A stretch of DNA of 64,000 bases from NCBI GenBank assembly GCA_003280965.1, contig QCDI01000011.1, positions 1 to 64,000 of the forward strand, given 5' to 3'. This document shows, in pieces, positions 41,752 to 52,280 of the stretch. Position numbers and translations under genes: made by a program. The notes below the pieces were generated by a model. The model saw only the letters and a program-made list of their open reading frames with translations, ran no database searches and was not told the DNA's origin. The DNA is from Prochlorococcus sp. AG-355-B18. GTDB taxonomy: Bacteria; Cyanobacteriota; Cyanobacteriia; PCC-6307; Cyanobiaceae. The first letter of the stretch is position 1, and each line of letters starts with the position of its first letter.

Positions 41752-43221
41752 TTGAGAGATTTACTTAAAAACCCTATATGGAAAAATTTAGAGTTGGGAT
41801 ATTCAATTCCTGATAGTATTCATGCTGTTTCTGTAGCATTACCAACTTGGAATGATGTAATAAATTACGAGGAAAAAAATCAAGAATGCATGAATTTATT
41901 GAAGTCCATTTACCCAAGATTCGGGCTAAACCCCATAGTGAAAAGATTATGTGAAAAAGTAAAAAAGGAAAATTACTACAACAATAAAAGTATCTGGCCA
42001 TATCAGAATGAAAGTATAGCTTTTAAAGCCAAAAAATACATTGATAGAAATACTTCTGAACAATTTTCATCAATAGAAAAAAAGGATAATTTAACTTTCT
42101 TAATAACTGAAAAAGAAGGAAGTATTTATGCAAAATCTTTTTGGCAACATACTGGTCTTGGTATATCTTCAAGGGCTGCTGCTATAGAACTAGGTCTTGA
42201 AGATTACCCTCCAAAATCTTACGTAAATGAATGTTCTCAAAAAATAAAAAATAGAATTTCCAAATCTACAAAAATTAACTCTAATGATATTCACTTAACT
42301 TCATCTGGAATGTCTGCATTGCATACATCATTAGAAATCATATATAAATTATTTCCAGCTAAACCAACACTCCAAATTGGTTTCCCATATGTAGATGTAC
42401 TTAAATTACCAATGAATATCTTTCATGGAGCCAAGTTAATTACAGAAGAAAATTGCGAGGACATTGAATTAGAAATCAAAAAAATGTATCCATCAGCATT
42501 AATTATTGAACTACCTAGTAATCCAATGCTCAAATGTGTAAACATTAAAAGAATTTCAAAAATAGCAAAAAAATTAAATATTCCCATAATTGTTGACGAT
42601 ACAATTGGTTCAAACTTAAATATAAATTCCTTAGAACATGCAGATATAGTTTTTACTTCACTTACAAAAATTTTTTCGGGTAGTGGTGATATTCTTGCGG
42701 GATCATTAATATTAAATCCAAAAAGCAAATGGATTGATCAATTTAGAAATGCATTAAACGAGATTAATCTTCCAACACTTTCCGATGGAGATACAGTTTA
42801 TCTAGAGAAAGTTAGTAGAGATGTAAATCAAAGAGTTTTTGAACAAAATAAAGCATGTTTAGAATTAAAAAAAAGATTAGAGACACATAGCGAGATTAAA
42901 AATATTTTCCATCCTGAAAATTGTCCAAATTTTAATTCTTTACTTACTTCTGATGGAGGATACGGCTGCTTATTATCGTTTGAATTAAATGGAGGATTGA
43001 ACAAAGCTAAAAAATTTTATGATTCTCTACAAGTATCAAAAGGACCTAGTTTGGGTACAAAATTTACTCTAGTTTGTCCTTACGTTTTACTAGCTCATTA
43101 TGACGAATTGGATTGGGCTGAAAGTTTTGGTATACCTTCGCACCTTATTAGAGTATCAGTTGGATTAGAAGACAAAGATAAATTATGGAAAAGCTTTTCT
43201 GAAGCACTAAATAATTTCTAA
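41752..43221 (+). CDS. PLP-dependent transsulfuration enzyme (long cystathionine gamma-synthase-like type)
   Basis: HAVSVALPTW, YPRF, SLTKIFSG and GPSLGT. Confidence 0.82.
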   Translation: MRDLLKNPIWKNLELGYSIPDSIHAVSVALPTWNDVINYEEKNQECMNLLKSIYPRFGLNPIVKRLCEKVKKENYYNNKSIWPYQNESIAFKAKKYIDRNTSEQFSSIEKKDNLTFLITEKEGSIYAKSFWQHTGLGISSRAAAIELGLEDYPPKSYVNECSQKIKNRISKSTKINSNDIHLTSSGMSALHTSLEIIYKLFPAKPTLQIGFPYVDVLKLPMNIFHGAKLITEENCEDIELEIKKMYPSALIIELPSNPMLKCVNIKRISKIAKKLNIPIIVDDTIGSNLNINSLEHADIVFTSLTKIFSGSGDILAGSLILNPKSKWIDQFRNALNEINLPTLSDGDTVYLEKVSRDVNQRVFEQNKACLELKKRLETHSEIKNIFHPENCPNFNSLLTSDGGYGCLLSFELNGGLNKAKKFYDSLQVSKGPSLGTKFTLVCPYVLLAHYDELDWAESFGIPSHLIRVSVGLEDKDKLWKSFSEALNNF

Positions 43222-43305
43222 ATTCCTAGTATTTACCGTATAGAAACTTATATACTCTTTTTCTGAATAATAGTTAGTATTAATATATATTTTCTCAATG
43301 TATAA

Positions 43306-44292
43306 ATGGCAAAAATTTATGAGGACAACAGTTTTGCTATTGGAAACACTCCTTTAGTAAAATTAAAATCAGTTACTAAAAACGCGAAAGCTACAGTACT
43401 TGCAAAAATTGAAGGTAGAAACCCTGCTTATAGTGTCAAATGTAGGATTGGCGCAAACATGATCTGGGATGCAGAGAAAAGTGGGAAGCTTACAAAAGAC
43501 AAAACTATTGTTGAGCCTACTTCTGGGAATACAGGAATTGCTTTAGCTTTTACTGCTTCAGCAAGAGGTTATAAACTAATCCTTACAATGCCAGAATCCA
43601 TGTCAATTGAAAGAAGAAGGGTTATGGCAGTATTGGGGGCTGAAATTGTTTTAACAGAGGCATCTAAAGGAATGCCTGGAGCAATAGCTAAGGCTAAGGA
43701 AATTGCAGAAAGTAATCCTTCTCAATATTTCATGCCAGGTCAATTTGATAATCCTGCAAACCCTGAAATTCATTTCAAAACTACTGGACCAGAAATCTGG
43801 GATGATTGCGATGGTGAAATTGATGTTTTAGTTGCAGGGGTTGGAACTGGTGGCACAATTACAGGAGTTTCAAGGTACATTAAGCAAGAGAAGGGCAAAA
43901 GTATTACTTCTGTAGCTGTAGAACCCTCACATAGCCCTGTTATTACACAGACAATGAATGGAGAAGAGGTTAAATCTGGACCACATAAAATTCAAGGAAT
44001 TGGAGCAGGATTTATTCCTAAGAACCTTGACTTGTCTATTATTGATAAGGTTGAACAAGTAACAAATGACGAGTCAATCGAGATGGCTCTTAGATTAGCA
44101 AAAGAAGAAGGTCTATTAGTCGGAATATCTTGTGGAGCTGCTGCTGCAGCTGCAGTCAGATTAGCTGAACAAGATGAATATGCGGGGAAAACCATTGTGG
44201 TTGTTCTACCTGATTTAGCAGAGAGATATTTATCATCAATTATGTTTACTGAAGTTCCAAGCGGAATCATTCAAGAACCAGTCAAAGCCTAA
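43306..44292 (+). CDS. cysK: Cysteine synthase A
   Basis: [15 protein letters not shown] and HKIQGIG. Confidence 0.96.
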   Translation: MAKIYEDNSFAIGNTPLVKLKSVTKNAKATVLAKIEGRNPAYSVKCRIGANMIWDAEKSGKLTKDKTIVEPTSGNTGIALAFTASARGYKLILTMPESMSIERRRVMAVLGAEIVLTEASKGMPGAIAKAKEIAESNPSQYFMPGQFDNPANPEIHFKTTGPEIWDDCDGEIDVLVAGVGTGGTITGVSRYIKQEKGKSITSVAVEPSHSPVITQTMNGEEVKSGPHKIQGIGAGFIPKNLDLSIIDKVEQVTNDESIEMALRLAKEEGLLVGISCGAAAAAAVRLAEQDEYAGKTIVVVLPDLAERYLSSIMFTEVPSGIIQEPVKA

Positions 44293-44294
44293 AT

Positions 44295-45419
44295 CTATTT
44301 TTTCTCCAGTAATGAATCTGGTGAAATATACATTGCATCGCCATAAGAGAAAAATCTAAATTTTTCTTCTATGGCTTTTTTATACAAATCTAATAATCTT
44401 TCTCTACCAATCATTGCACTTACTAATAGTAATAATGAACTTTTAGGAAGATGAAAATTAGTCAATAATCCATCAACTACCTTAAATTTATAACCTGGCT
44501 TAATTACTAAGTCCACGTATTTCGCTATTGGAATGAAGTCATTAATTTCGTGAGAATAACAACTTTCAAGAGCTCTTACGCTAGTAGTCCCTATAGCAAT
44601 TATTCTTCTATCTGTTTTCTTTATTCTTTTTATTTCCTCCACTACTTCCTTATTAACACTTACCCATTCTTTATGAAGTTTTAAGTTACTTAAATCTTCT
44701 TGATCAATTGGTTTGAATGTTCCATAACCCACGTGCAAAGTTATCGGTAAAATTATTACTCCTTTTTTTTTTAGATTGGAAATAAGACTTTTACTTAAGT
44801 GTAAACCAGCAGTTGGCGCGGCAACTGCCCCTGGATTAGTTGCATACTCAGTTTGATAACTGTTCTCATGAAAAGATTCTTCTTCGGAATTTTTTATATA
44901 GGGAGGGAGCGGTATTTCCCCGTATTTATCAAGAAGGGTATTTATTGATTTGAGATCAGTTATGTTTTCCGGAAACTTGATAAATCTCCCTCCAGTTTCT
45001 TCATCAACCCCATCAACTATCAAATTAATATTTTGTCCAGTAGGTGATTTTAATTTTAATTTTTTATTTATTTTTAACTTTTTCGCTGGCTTTGCCAAAC
45101 ATAACCAAACACATTCATGGGATCTTTCTAGAACTAATAATTCGACCAATGTTCTATTTTCTAATTCAACCTTTAACCTTGCCTTCATTACTTTAGTATT
45201 ATTGACAATCACAAGATCCCCTTCTCTAAATTCATCTAAAATATTCTTGGTAAATTTATTAGTAGAGTAATTTTCTTCTAAATTACTATCTCTAACTATC
45301 ATCAATCTTGATTCATGCCTTATTGCAGAGGGTTTGCTAGCAATTAATGAAGAATCAAGAAAGTAATCATATGCCTCTAGCTTATGATCTATCTCTTCAT
45401 TATTAATTTGAGAAATCAA
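44295..45419 (-). CDS. queA: SAM:tRNA ribosyltransferase-isomerase
   Basis: PLPPYI, AAPTAGLH, TNFHLP and FFSYGD. Confidence 0.97.
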   Translation of the reverse strand: MISQINNEEIDHKLEAYDYFLDSSLIASKPSAIRHESRLMIVRDSNLEENYSTNKFTKNILDEFREGDLVIVNNTKVMKARLKVELENRTLVELLVLERSHECVWLCLAKPAKKLKINKKLKLKSPTGQNINLIVDGVDEETGGRFIKFPENITDLKSINTLLDKYGEIPLPPYIKNSEEESFHENSYQTEYATNPGAVAAPTAGLHLSKSLISNLKKKGVIILPITLHVGYGTFKPIDQEDLSNLKLHKEWVSVNKEVVEEIKRIKKTDRRIIAIGTTSVRALESCYSHEINDFIPIAKYVDLVIKPGYKFKVVDGLLTNFHLPKSSLLLLVSAMIGRERLLDLYKKAIEEKFRFFSYGDAMYISPDSLLEKK

Positions 45420-45425
45420 TTAAAT

Positions 45426-46793
45426 CTAAGAGACAAGTGACTCAGGCTCATTTTCAATGAGGGAAGCTAAGTCTTTTAAGAATGAAGCACCATCAGCACC
45501 ATATATCACTCTATGATCAGCTGTAAGATTTACTTGCATTATTTTTTTTACAGAAATTGAACCATCATTATTAGCAACAACTGTTGGTTTCGATGATGCT
45601 ATCGCTAAAATAGCGCCAGTACCTGGGGGTAGTATTGCGTCAAATCTATCAACCCCAAACATACCAAGGTTAGATAAAGTAAAGGTTCCCGTTGAGTATT
45701 CATCAGGTTCTAATTGTTTTGATCTTGATCTTTTTACAAGATCTTTCCATTCCCTAGATAATTCAAATAAATCAGTATTGCATGGTTCTTTTAATACTGG
45801 AGTTATTAATCCGCCATCTTCCATCGCAACAGCAACAGCAATATTTATATTTTCTGGATAAGAAATTCCATTTTCTGAAAAACTAGAATTAACTTGAGGA
45901 TGTTTCTTTAGTATCTTTGCAACTGCCTTTACTAGTAAAGCAGTCATAGTAACTCCATTCTGTTTTACCTTTTTGTAAAAATTATCTAATTTATCTGTGT
46001 TAATTGAGTATCCCACCCTAAAACATGGAACATCTAAACTAGATTCCATATTTTTATTAACTGCTTTTTGAAGAGTATTAAATTGAACCGTTTCCCCAGG
46101 ATTACCAAAACTGTTTCCTGATTTTTCAGGTTTGCTTTCAACTTGCAAATTTGCACCGGTAATACTAGCAGGAGAACCACCCTCTCCTATCCATGGTATA
46201 GAGACAGGTTGGCCATTTGCTTTTAAAATATCATCGGCTTGAATTCTTCCGTGAGGTCCAGATCCATGTACCTTTGCTAAGTCAACCCCCATTTGAGAGG
46301 CAAGTTTTTTAGCTCTTGGAGACGCAATTACCCTTGAAGAAATATTACTTGTAGCAGCACTAATTTGGTCACTATTAAAGGAGGGGGCTATCTTTTCACT
46401 CTTTAAGACAACTTTTTTTTCTTCTTTTTCAACAATTTCATTACGGGCCTCTAGTTTTTCTTCGGTTTTATTGCTTACCAATTCAAGTTGATCCGAACTA
46501 GAAACTTCGAGCTGACTACCTTTATTTTGTTCTTGAACAGAAGCTATCTCATCCTCATTTTCTACAATGAGGCCAATAGTTTCTCCTACAGGTGCAGTGC
46601 TGCCGGCAGGCATTAAAACTGCTGCAAGATATCCATCTTGAAAAGATTCAACATCCATATCTGCCTTGTCAGATTCAACAACCAAGACAGATTCGCCTCT
46701 TTCAACCTTATCTCCCGGATTTTTCAACCATTCCACAATCTTGCCCTCCGTCATAGTAGAACTTAAGGCAGGCATGAATATTTCGTGAGACAT
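45426..46793 (-). CDS. pdhC: Pyruvate dehydrogenase E2 (dihydrolipoamide acetyltransferase)
   Basis: Lipoyl motif ESDKADM, E3-binding ASPRA and DHRVIYG. Confidence 0.96.
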   Translation of the reverse strand: MSHEIFMPALSSTMTEGKIVEWLKNPGDKVERGESVLVVESDKADMDVESFQDGYLAAVLMPAGSTAPVGETIGLIVENEDEIASVQEQNKGSQLEVSSSDQLELVSNKTEEKLEARNEIVEKEEKKVVLKSEKIAPSFNSDQISAATSNISSRVIASPRAKKLASQMGVDLAKVHGSGPHGRIQADDILKANGQPVSIPWIGEGGSPASITGANLQVESKPEKSGNSFGNPGETVQFNTLQKAVNKNMESSLDVPCFRVGYSINTDKLDNFYKKVKQNGVTMTALLVKAVAKILKKHPQVNSSFSENGISYPENINIAVAVAMEDGGLITPVLKEPCNTDLFELSREWKDLVKRSRSKQLEPDEYSTGTFTLSNLGMFGVDRFDAILPPGTGAILAIASSKPTVVANNDGSISVKKIMQVNLTADHRVIYGADGASFLKDLASLIENEPESLVS

Positions 46794-47010
46794 AAGAAAA
46801 TTGTTATTGCATAAGTTTTAAGGGATTTTTACCAAACTTTCAAAAGTTTTTATGATTAAGAACCCTTTTAACTCTTGATCTAATTATACGAAATCATGTT
46901 CACAGTGGGAACTCTTAAAACTTAAGAAAGTAATAATTTAGATCGATTAGAATTTAAACTTTTCGCAATTAAGATTAATTATTTTTATCAAAAATACTAA
47001 ATGTTTTTAT

Positions 47011-47454
47011 TTAATTATTATCTATCGATTGAATAACTCCATCTTTAACAGTAATTGAGACTTGCATTTTTTCAATAAGATTGTCGCCCACAGAGACATC
47101 ACAGAAACTATCCACTTGTCCTTGATCAACAATTTCGTCCATTTTTAATTCGCGAACTTGACTCTGTTGTTGAATTAGATTTCTTTTTTGTTCTTCAATT
47201 TCATTTCGTTTTGCTGCAACTTGTTGTTGCACCTGACTGACCTGTTCTTGAACTCTTGGATCTAAAGGATTAACAGACTGGGATCTAATATTGTTTACTA
47301 TTTGCTGCCCCTCTTGTTCAAGTTGAGATAATTGCTGGTCAATGTTTGAAATTGCTTTGCTTAATTCTTTTTCAGCATCCTCCTTCCAAGTTGGCGTAAC
47401 AATAGCCTTAATGGCTATGGAGCGTTTTATAGATATTGAGTTTTTTGATTCCAT
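47011..47454 (-). CDS. YlqD-family protein
   Basis: IKRSIAIKAIVTP N-terminus, Gln-rich coiled coil, QGQVDSF..V.VGDN. Confidence 0.8.
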   Translation of the reverse strand: MESKNSISIKRSIAIKAIVTPTWKEDAEKELSKAISNIDQQLSQLEQEGQQIVNNIRSQSVNPLDPRVQEQVSQVQQQVAAKRNEIEEQKRNLIQQQSQVRELKMDEIVDQGQVDSFCDVSVGDNLIEKMQVSITVKDGVIQSIDNN

Positions 47455-47492
47455 AAAAAATAAAATTACCTTCTAAATATAGATTGAACAAA

Positions 47493-49436
47493 TTAAATTT
47501 TCTTACTAAATTTGTTTTCATACATATTTTCTATTTGTGATGAATACTTTTTTTCTATTTCCTTTCTTTTTTGTTTAAGAGTTTGTGTTAATAACCCATT
47601 TTCTAAAGTAAAAGCATCTACAAAATAACAATCTAATATTTGTTCTTCTGATCTTGCTCCTAATCTACCTTTAAGCAAATTATTTATTTGCGTTTTAAAA
47701 AATGTACCAATATTCTTATTCAGATTTAATAATGATAGGTCTTCTTCCAAGAACTTATTTTTTACCATTTCTATATTAGGCACGACTAGGGCTGTTAAAC
47801 ATTTCTTATCTTGTCCCACTAATTGAACCTGATTAATAAATTCAGAACTAAGAATTTCGGTCTCTAAAGGATTTGGTTCTATATTTTCACCACTTGATAG
47901 CACTATTGTATCCTTGGCCCTTCCTGTTATAAAAAGAGAACCATTTGGTATTAGAAAACCTAAATCACCAGTATCAAACCAACCATCTTTAGATAAAACA
48001 TCTTTTGTAGCTAATTCATTATTAAGATAACCTTTCATTACTTGTGGTCCCTTTACAAGAATTTTTCCGACTTCTCTGAACTTCAGAATCTTTGTTTTAT
48101 CATCATTTACTATTTTGATTTCTGTAAATGCTAAAGGCTGACCAGATGACCCTCTTACATTTAATTCTCTTTTCCTACAAGTTAATACTGGACTAGTTTC
48201 TGTAAGTCCGTAACCCACCAAAACATCCACACCTAGAGATTCAAAAAAAAGGTCTACATGTTCTGGCAGTGCGCCTCCCCCGTTAATAGGAAATTTCAGT
48301 TTTTCTCCGCATAATTGTCTAAGAATACTGGGCCATAAAAAAATAGTCGACAATTTATGTAGAGGGTATCGGCAAATAATCGAAACCAGTAAGGGGATTT
48401 TTGATTTAAAAGTTATTTGATTGATATCTAAATTTCTTATTTTTCTTAAACTTCTCTTATAAACTGAACTATTACTTATCAAAAACTTAATAAGTTTTTG
48501 CTTCTTGGAGGGCATTTTTTTCAACGCTTGAAAAAAACCATCATGTATTGCCTCCCATAGTCTTGGTACAGTTGCCATTACAACAGGTTTTATTTGTGTA
48601 ATATCATCTTTGAGAAATTTTGGAATTGTATAGTATTGAGAACAACCACATGAAAAAAAGAAGTATTCAGCACTCCTCTCATAAGAATGCCAGATAGGCA
48701 AAACGCTTAATACAGAAGTTCCAGGTTCTGGATCAGCAATATAGGCTAAATTAATTACTTGATGCAAAAAATTTGCATGCGTCAAGGGTACACCTTTAGG
48801 TTTTCCTGTTGTACCAGAGGTGTAAAGAATAGTAGCAACATCATCAATTTTTGGTTTAAATTTTTCAATGACATTATTTTTTGAATTTTCTTGTTCTTGT
48901 GCACTTATAAATTGATTCCAACTTATTAAACTTTCAAATCGTTCATCTTCTAAATTAATTATAAATTTCAATCTTTCTTTTAATTCTTTTTTATTATTCA
49001 ACTTTAGCCAAATTTCCTTAGACTGAACTACTAATCCTACCGAATTAGAATGCTCAATAATATATTCTAATTCTACGGAAGGAGAATTAATTCCTCTCAC
49101 TGCATTTATAGCTCCTAAACGCATTAATCCTTGATCGACTGCTAGCCATCTTGGAGAATTTTCAGATATTACAGTAACTACATCTCCTTTTTCTAACCCA
49201 TATTTTTTAAACGATAAAGAGACTTTTGTTATCAAATCAGCCAACTCAGAATAAGAGAATTTTTCACTGTATTTCCCTCTTAAATCGCAGACAGCTAAAG
49301 TTTCACCACATTTAAATTTTAAATTTTCCCAAATTTGATCTATATGATTAAGGTTCTCAATAAAAGCTCTATCTTTAGCAAATTTATCCTTTTTAAAAAG
49401 AGGCTTGGCTGAAGGCCAATACGCTTTATCCATCAT
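47493..49436 (-). CDS. aas: Long-chain acyl-ACP/CoA synthetase
   Basis: YTSGTTGKPKG, GYGLTETSP and TGDLG motifs. Confidence 0.85.
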   Translation of the reverse strand: MMDKAYWPSAKPLFKKDKFAKDRAFIENLNHIDQIWENLKFKCGETLAVCDLRGKYSEKFSYSELADLITKVSLSFKKYGLEKGDVVTVISENSPRWLAVDQGLMRLGAINAVRGINSPSVELEYIIEHSNSVGLVVQSKEIWLKLNNKKELKERLKFIINLEDERFESLISWNQFISAQEQENSKNNVIEKFKPKIDDVATILYTSGTTGKPKGVPLTHANFLHQVINLAYIADPEPGTSVLSVLPIWHSYERSAEYFFFSCGCSQYYTIPKFLKDDITQIKPVVMATVPRLWEAIHDGFFQALKKMPSKKQKLIKFLISNSSVYKRSLRKIRNLDINQITFKSKIPLLVSIICRYPLHKLSTIFLWPSILRQLCGEKLKFPINGGGALPEHVDLFFESLGVDVLVGYGLTETSPVLTCRKRELNVRGSSGQPLAFTEIKIVNDDKTKILKFREVGKILVKGPQVMKGYLNNELATKDVLSKDGWFDTGDLGFLIPNGSLFITGRAKDTIVLSSGENIEPNPLETEILSSEFINQVQLVGQDKKCLTALVVPNIEMVKNKFLEEDLSLLNLNKNIGTFFKTQINNLLKGRLGARSEEQILDCYFVDAFTLENGLLTQTLKQKRKEIEKKYSSQIENMYENKFSKKI

Positions 49437-49463
49437 ATTAAATTAATTTTGAAATTTTAATTT

Positions 49464-50114
49464 CTATTTTGATACAAAATCAAAATTAAATTCTTCCTGA
49501 ATGATTTTTTTAACAATTCTCTTGACTTCTTGAATATTAAAATTTTTATTGTAATCAATCATATTTGTCATAAGACAATTCTCTATTCCGCAAGGAACAA
49601 TTTTATTAAAGTTTTCTAATTCGCAGTCAATATTGATTGAAAATCCATTTATTGTAATCCATCTTTTACACCCAATTCCAATTGAAGCAATTTTCTTATT
49701 TCCTTTCCATACACCTGTAAAGCCTTTTCTAGTGTGACAATCTATATTAAAATTTCGAAGAATTTTTATAATAATTGCTTCAATTTTTCTTAAATACCAA
49801 TTTAAATCCTTATTAAAATTTTTCAAATCTAAAACCAAGTAAGTTACTAATTGTCCAGGCATATGACAAGTAACCTCACCACCCCTATCAATCTTAAAAA
49901 CATCATATTTATCATCATTAAGAGAAAATAGTAAATTATCATAGTTAGATCCTCTGCCCAACGTATAACAGAGTTGATGCTCCCCTATCCAAATAAAATC
50001 AGGTTTAGAATTATTTAAAATCAATGCCTCCTGATATTCTTTTTGTAATTTATAAACATCATTGAAAAAAGTAATTTTATCAGGTTGTTTAATTATTGCT
50101 GTTCTATTAGACAT
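49464..50114 (-). CDS. lipB: Octanoyltransferase
   Basis: [18 protein letters not shown] and IVPCG. Confidence 0.95.
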   Translation of the reverse strand: MSNRTAIIKQPDKITFFNDVYKLQKEYQEALILNNSKPDFIWIGEHQLCYTLGRGSNYDNLLFSLNDDKYDVFKIDRGGEVTCHMPGQLVTYLVLDLKNFNKDLNWYLRKIEAIIIKILRNFNIDCHTRKGFTGVWKGNKKIASIGIGCKRWITINGFSINIDCELENFNKIVPCGIENCLMTNMIDYNKNFNIQEVKRIVKKIIQEEFNFDFVSK

Positions 50115-50158
50115 ATTTAAGTAGATTTAGAAAGTAAGTAAATATTTTTTGATTTGTT

Positions 50159-50743
50159 ATGAAAATTTTAATCCATGGAAGGAATCTTGAACTCACTGGA
50201 GCATTAAAAGAATATACTGAGGCAAAGATAGAAAAAGCGACGCATCACTATAAAGATATCGTTAAAGAAGCCGACATACACCTTTCAATAGAAAAGAACC
50301 CAAGAGTCTCGTTCCAAACAGCAGAAGTTACCATTTTTGCAAATGGTACTATCATTAGAGCTGAAGAAAAAACTGAAAATCTATACTCAAGCATTGATTT
50401 AGTTTCAAATAAACTTTGTAGAAAATTACGTAAATACAAAGAAAGAAGCAATAAAACAATTCATAATAATCAATTTAAAAATAAAGAGTCTTTACTTATT
50501 GAAAGTATGGAAGCAAAATATTTAGATAAAGAATTTCTTAAAAAAGGAATGGAAGCAAGTCTACCTGAGCCATCTATAAAAAATAAATACTTCGAAATGA
50601 ATCCAATTTCATCAGAAGAAGCAAGAAAACAATTAGACCTAATTGATCATGATTTTTATGTTTTTCGAAACAAGAAAAATAATGAACTTCAAGTTATATA
50701 CAAGAGGAATCATGGAGGTTACGGACTGATTCAATCAAAATAA
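50159..50743 (+). CDS. hpf: Ribosome hibernation promoting factor (LrtA)
   Basis: LYSSID...LRKYKE plus C-terminal IDHDFYVF/YKRNHGGYGLI. Confidence 0.93.
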   Translation: MKILIHGRNLELTGALKEYTEAKIEKATHHYKDIVKEADIHLSIEKNPRVSFQTAEVTIFANGTIIRAEEKTENLYSSIDLVSNKLCRKLRKYKERSNKTIHNNQFKNKESLLIESMEAKYLDKEFLKKGMEASLPEPSIKNKYFEMNPISSEEARKQLDLIDHDFYVFRNKKNNELQVIYKRNHGGYGLIQSK

Positions 50744-50749
50744 CTTTAA

Positions 50750-51409
50750 ATGCCCAATATTGAATATGAATTAAACGAGAAAATTCATGCAATTATTATC
50801 AACCCCTATCTAACCTGGGAGGAGTTCAGTGCGAATTGTGATTTAATAAAAAAATATAATATTAAGAATATTTCTACTTCATTGAATTATCTAGCTGATT
50901 TTAAAAATAGTTTAATTAATTACAGCGCAAGCATAAACGCACTAATTTCTTACCCTTTAGCAGATTTACCAATTTCGTTTATTGAAGAACTAGTTTGTTT
51001 TGCAAAAGATAAAGGTGCAAACGGTATTGAATATATCCCAAATTTTATCAATTTATACAAAAGAAATTTAGAAACTTTCGCTGCTGAAATTGAGCAAGTT
51101 AAGCTATCTGGATTACCAGTTTCAATAATAATAAATAAATCAAAACTTCAGGAAGAGGTTTTACATAATGCGATAGAAATATCTTTGGAATTAGGAATAA
51201 AAAATTTTCAATTCGGAGACGGGTTTGGGCCTACTATTACATCTAATGATGTAGCCGAAATACTAAAAATAATAGGCTCAGAGAATCAAATCAAAGTTGT
51301 AGGGGGTATAAAAAAACTGAAACAAGTTATTGATTTGTTTGAAATGGGAATTAGTTGCGTGGGAACTTCTAATTTTTATGAGATTTTTCAAGAAGTAAAA
51401 GTTATTTAA
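50750..51409 (+). CDS. Deoxyribose-phosphate aldolase-like protein (degenerate)
   Basis: ISYPL, GANGIE, IKVVGGI and VGTS echo DeoC motifs, and the position between hpf and recO fits; the KTSTG motif is absent. Confidence 0.65.
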   Translation: MPNIEYELNEKIHAIIINPYLTWEEFSANCDLIKKYNIKNISTSLNYLADFKNSLINYSASINALISYPLADLPISFIEELVCFAKDKGANGIEYIPNFINLYKRNLETFAAEIEQVKLSGLPVSIIINKSKLQEEVLHNAIEISLELGIKNFQFGDGFGPTITSNDVAEILKIIGSENQIKVVGGIKKLKQVIDLFEMGISCVGTSNFYEIFQEVKVI

Positions 51410-52195
51410 ATGTCTGGTTCTGGTGAGTGCAGACTTGAAGGTCTTTGTATTAAAGCTTCTCCATTAGGCGAGAATGATAGATTAATAACTATTCTTACCG
51501 ATGAGCAAGGAATTGTTAGATTAGCAGTCCCTGGGGCTAGGCGGCCAAAAAGTAGTCTTGCCGCAGCTACTCCTTTAACATATTTAAGTCTTCAGATTTT
51601 TGGCAAAAGAAATCTTAAATCTGTACGTCAAATTAAAATATTAAAAAGCTATTCTGGTCTAGGTAAAAATATTGAATGTCTTGCAGCCGCACAAGCAATA
51701 ACTGAATTAACATTTTTATTAGTAGGTAATAATGACAAGCAACAAAACTATTTATCTTGTGTTCTTGCACATCTAGATAGGATTTATTTATATGAAGAAT
51801 CTAAAGAAGAGGATATTAAAATGCTCTCAATGAGTATTCAATCTTTAATCCATCTATTAGCTATTGGTGGTATTAATTTACCAATTCATCATTGCTGTAA
51901 AACGGGAGAACCGATAATTCCACCTTTAGGAAATTGGGAATGGAGTTGTTATTTTTTGCCAAATGAAGGGTTTTCATCCATAGAAGATCCTCAAAGTAAT
52001 CTAAAAATAAATGCATCTGAAGTTGCTTTATTACAGAGACTCCTTTTCCCTGAATTGCCAATCAAATCTAATGGGGAGTTATTAGGACCTAAAAAAGTTT
52101 GGCTTAAAATATTATTTATTATTGAAACTTGGATTGCTAATCAACTAGAGAAAGATCTATCTTCACTAAAAATGTTGAGAGAAATTTATAGTTAG
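51410..52195 (+). CDS. recO: DNA repair protein RecO
   Basis: GENDRLITILT.EQG and GARRPKS. Confidence 0.9.
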   Translation: MSGSGECRLEGLCIKASPLGENDRLITILTDEQGIVRLAVPGARRPKSSLAAATPLTYLSLQIFGKRNLKSVRQIKILKSYSGLGKNIECLAAAQAITELTFLLVGNNDKQQNYLSCVLAHLDRIYLYEESKEEDIKMLSMSIQSLIHLLAIGGINLPIHHCCKTGEPIIPPLGNWEWSCYFLPNEGFSSIEDPQSNLKINASEVALLQRLLFPELPIKSNGELLGPKKVWLKILFIIETWIANQLEKDLSSLKMLREIYS

Positions 52196-52280
52196 AATTT
52201 TTATTAACCTTCAATAAATTTTAAAATTATGATCTTGGGGACTCGAACTGTTAACTTAATAAATAGTTAATTGAATTAAT

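Noticed and set aside
43238..43255. GTATA-N8-TATAC upstream of cysK as an NtcA box
   Set aside because: The GTA-to-TAC spacing is 12, not 8, and short AT-rich palindromes are expected by chance.
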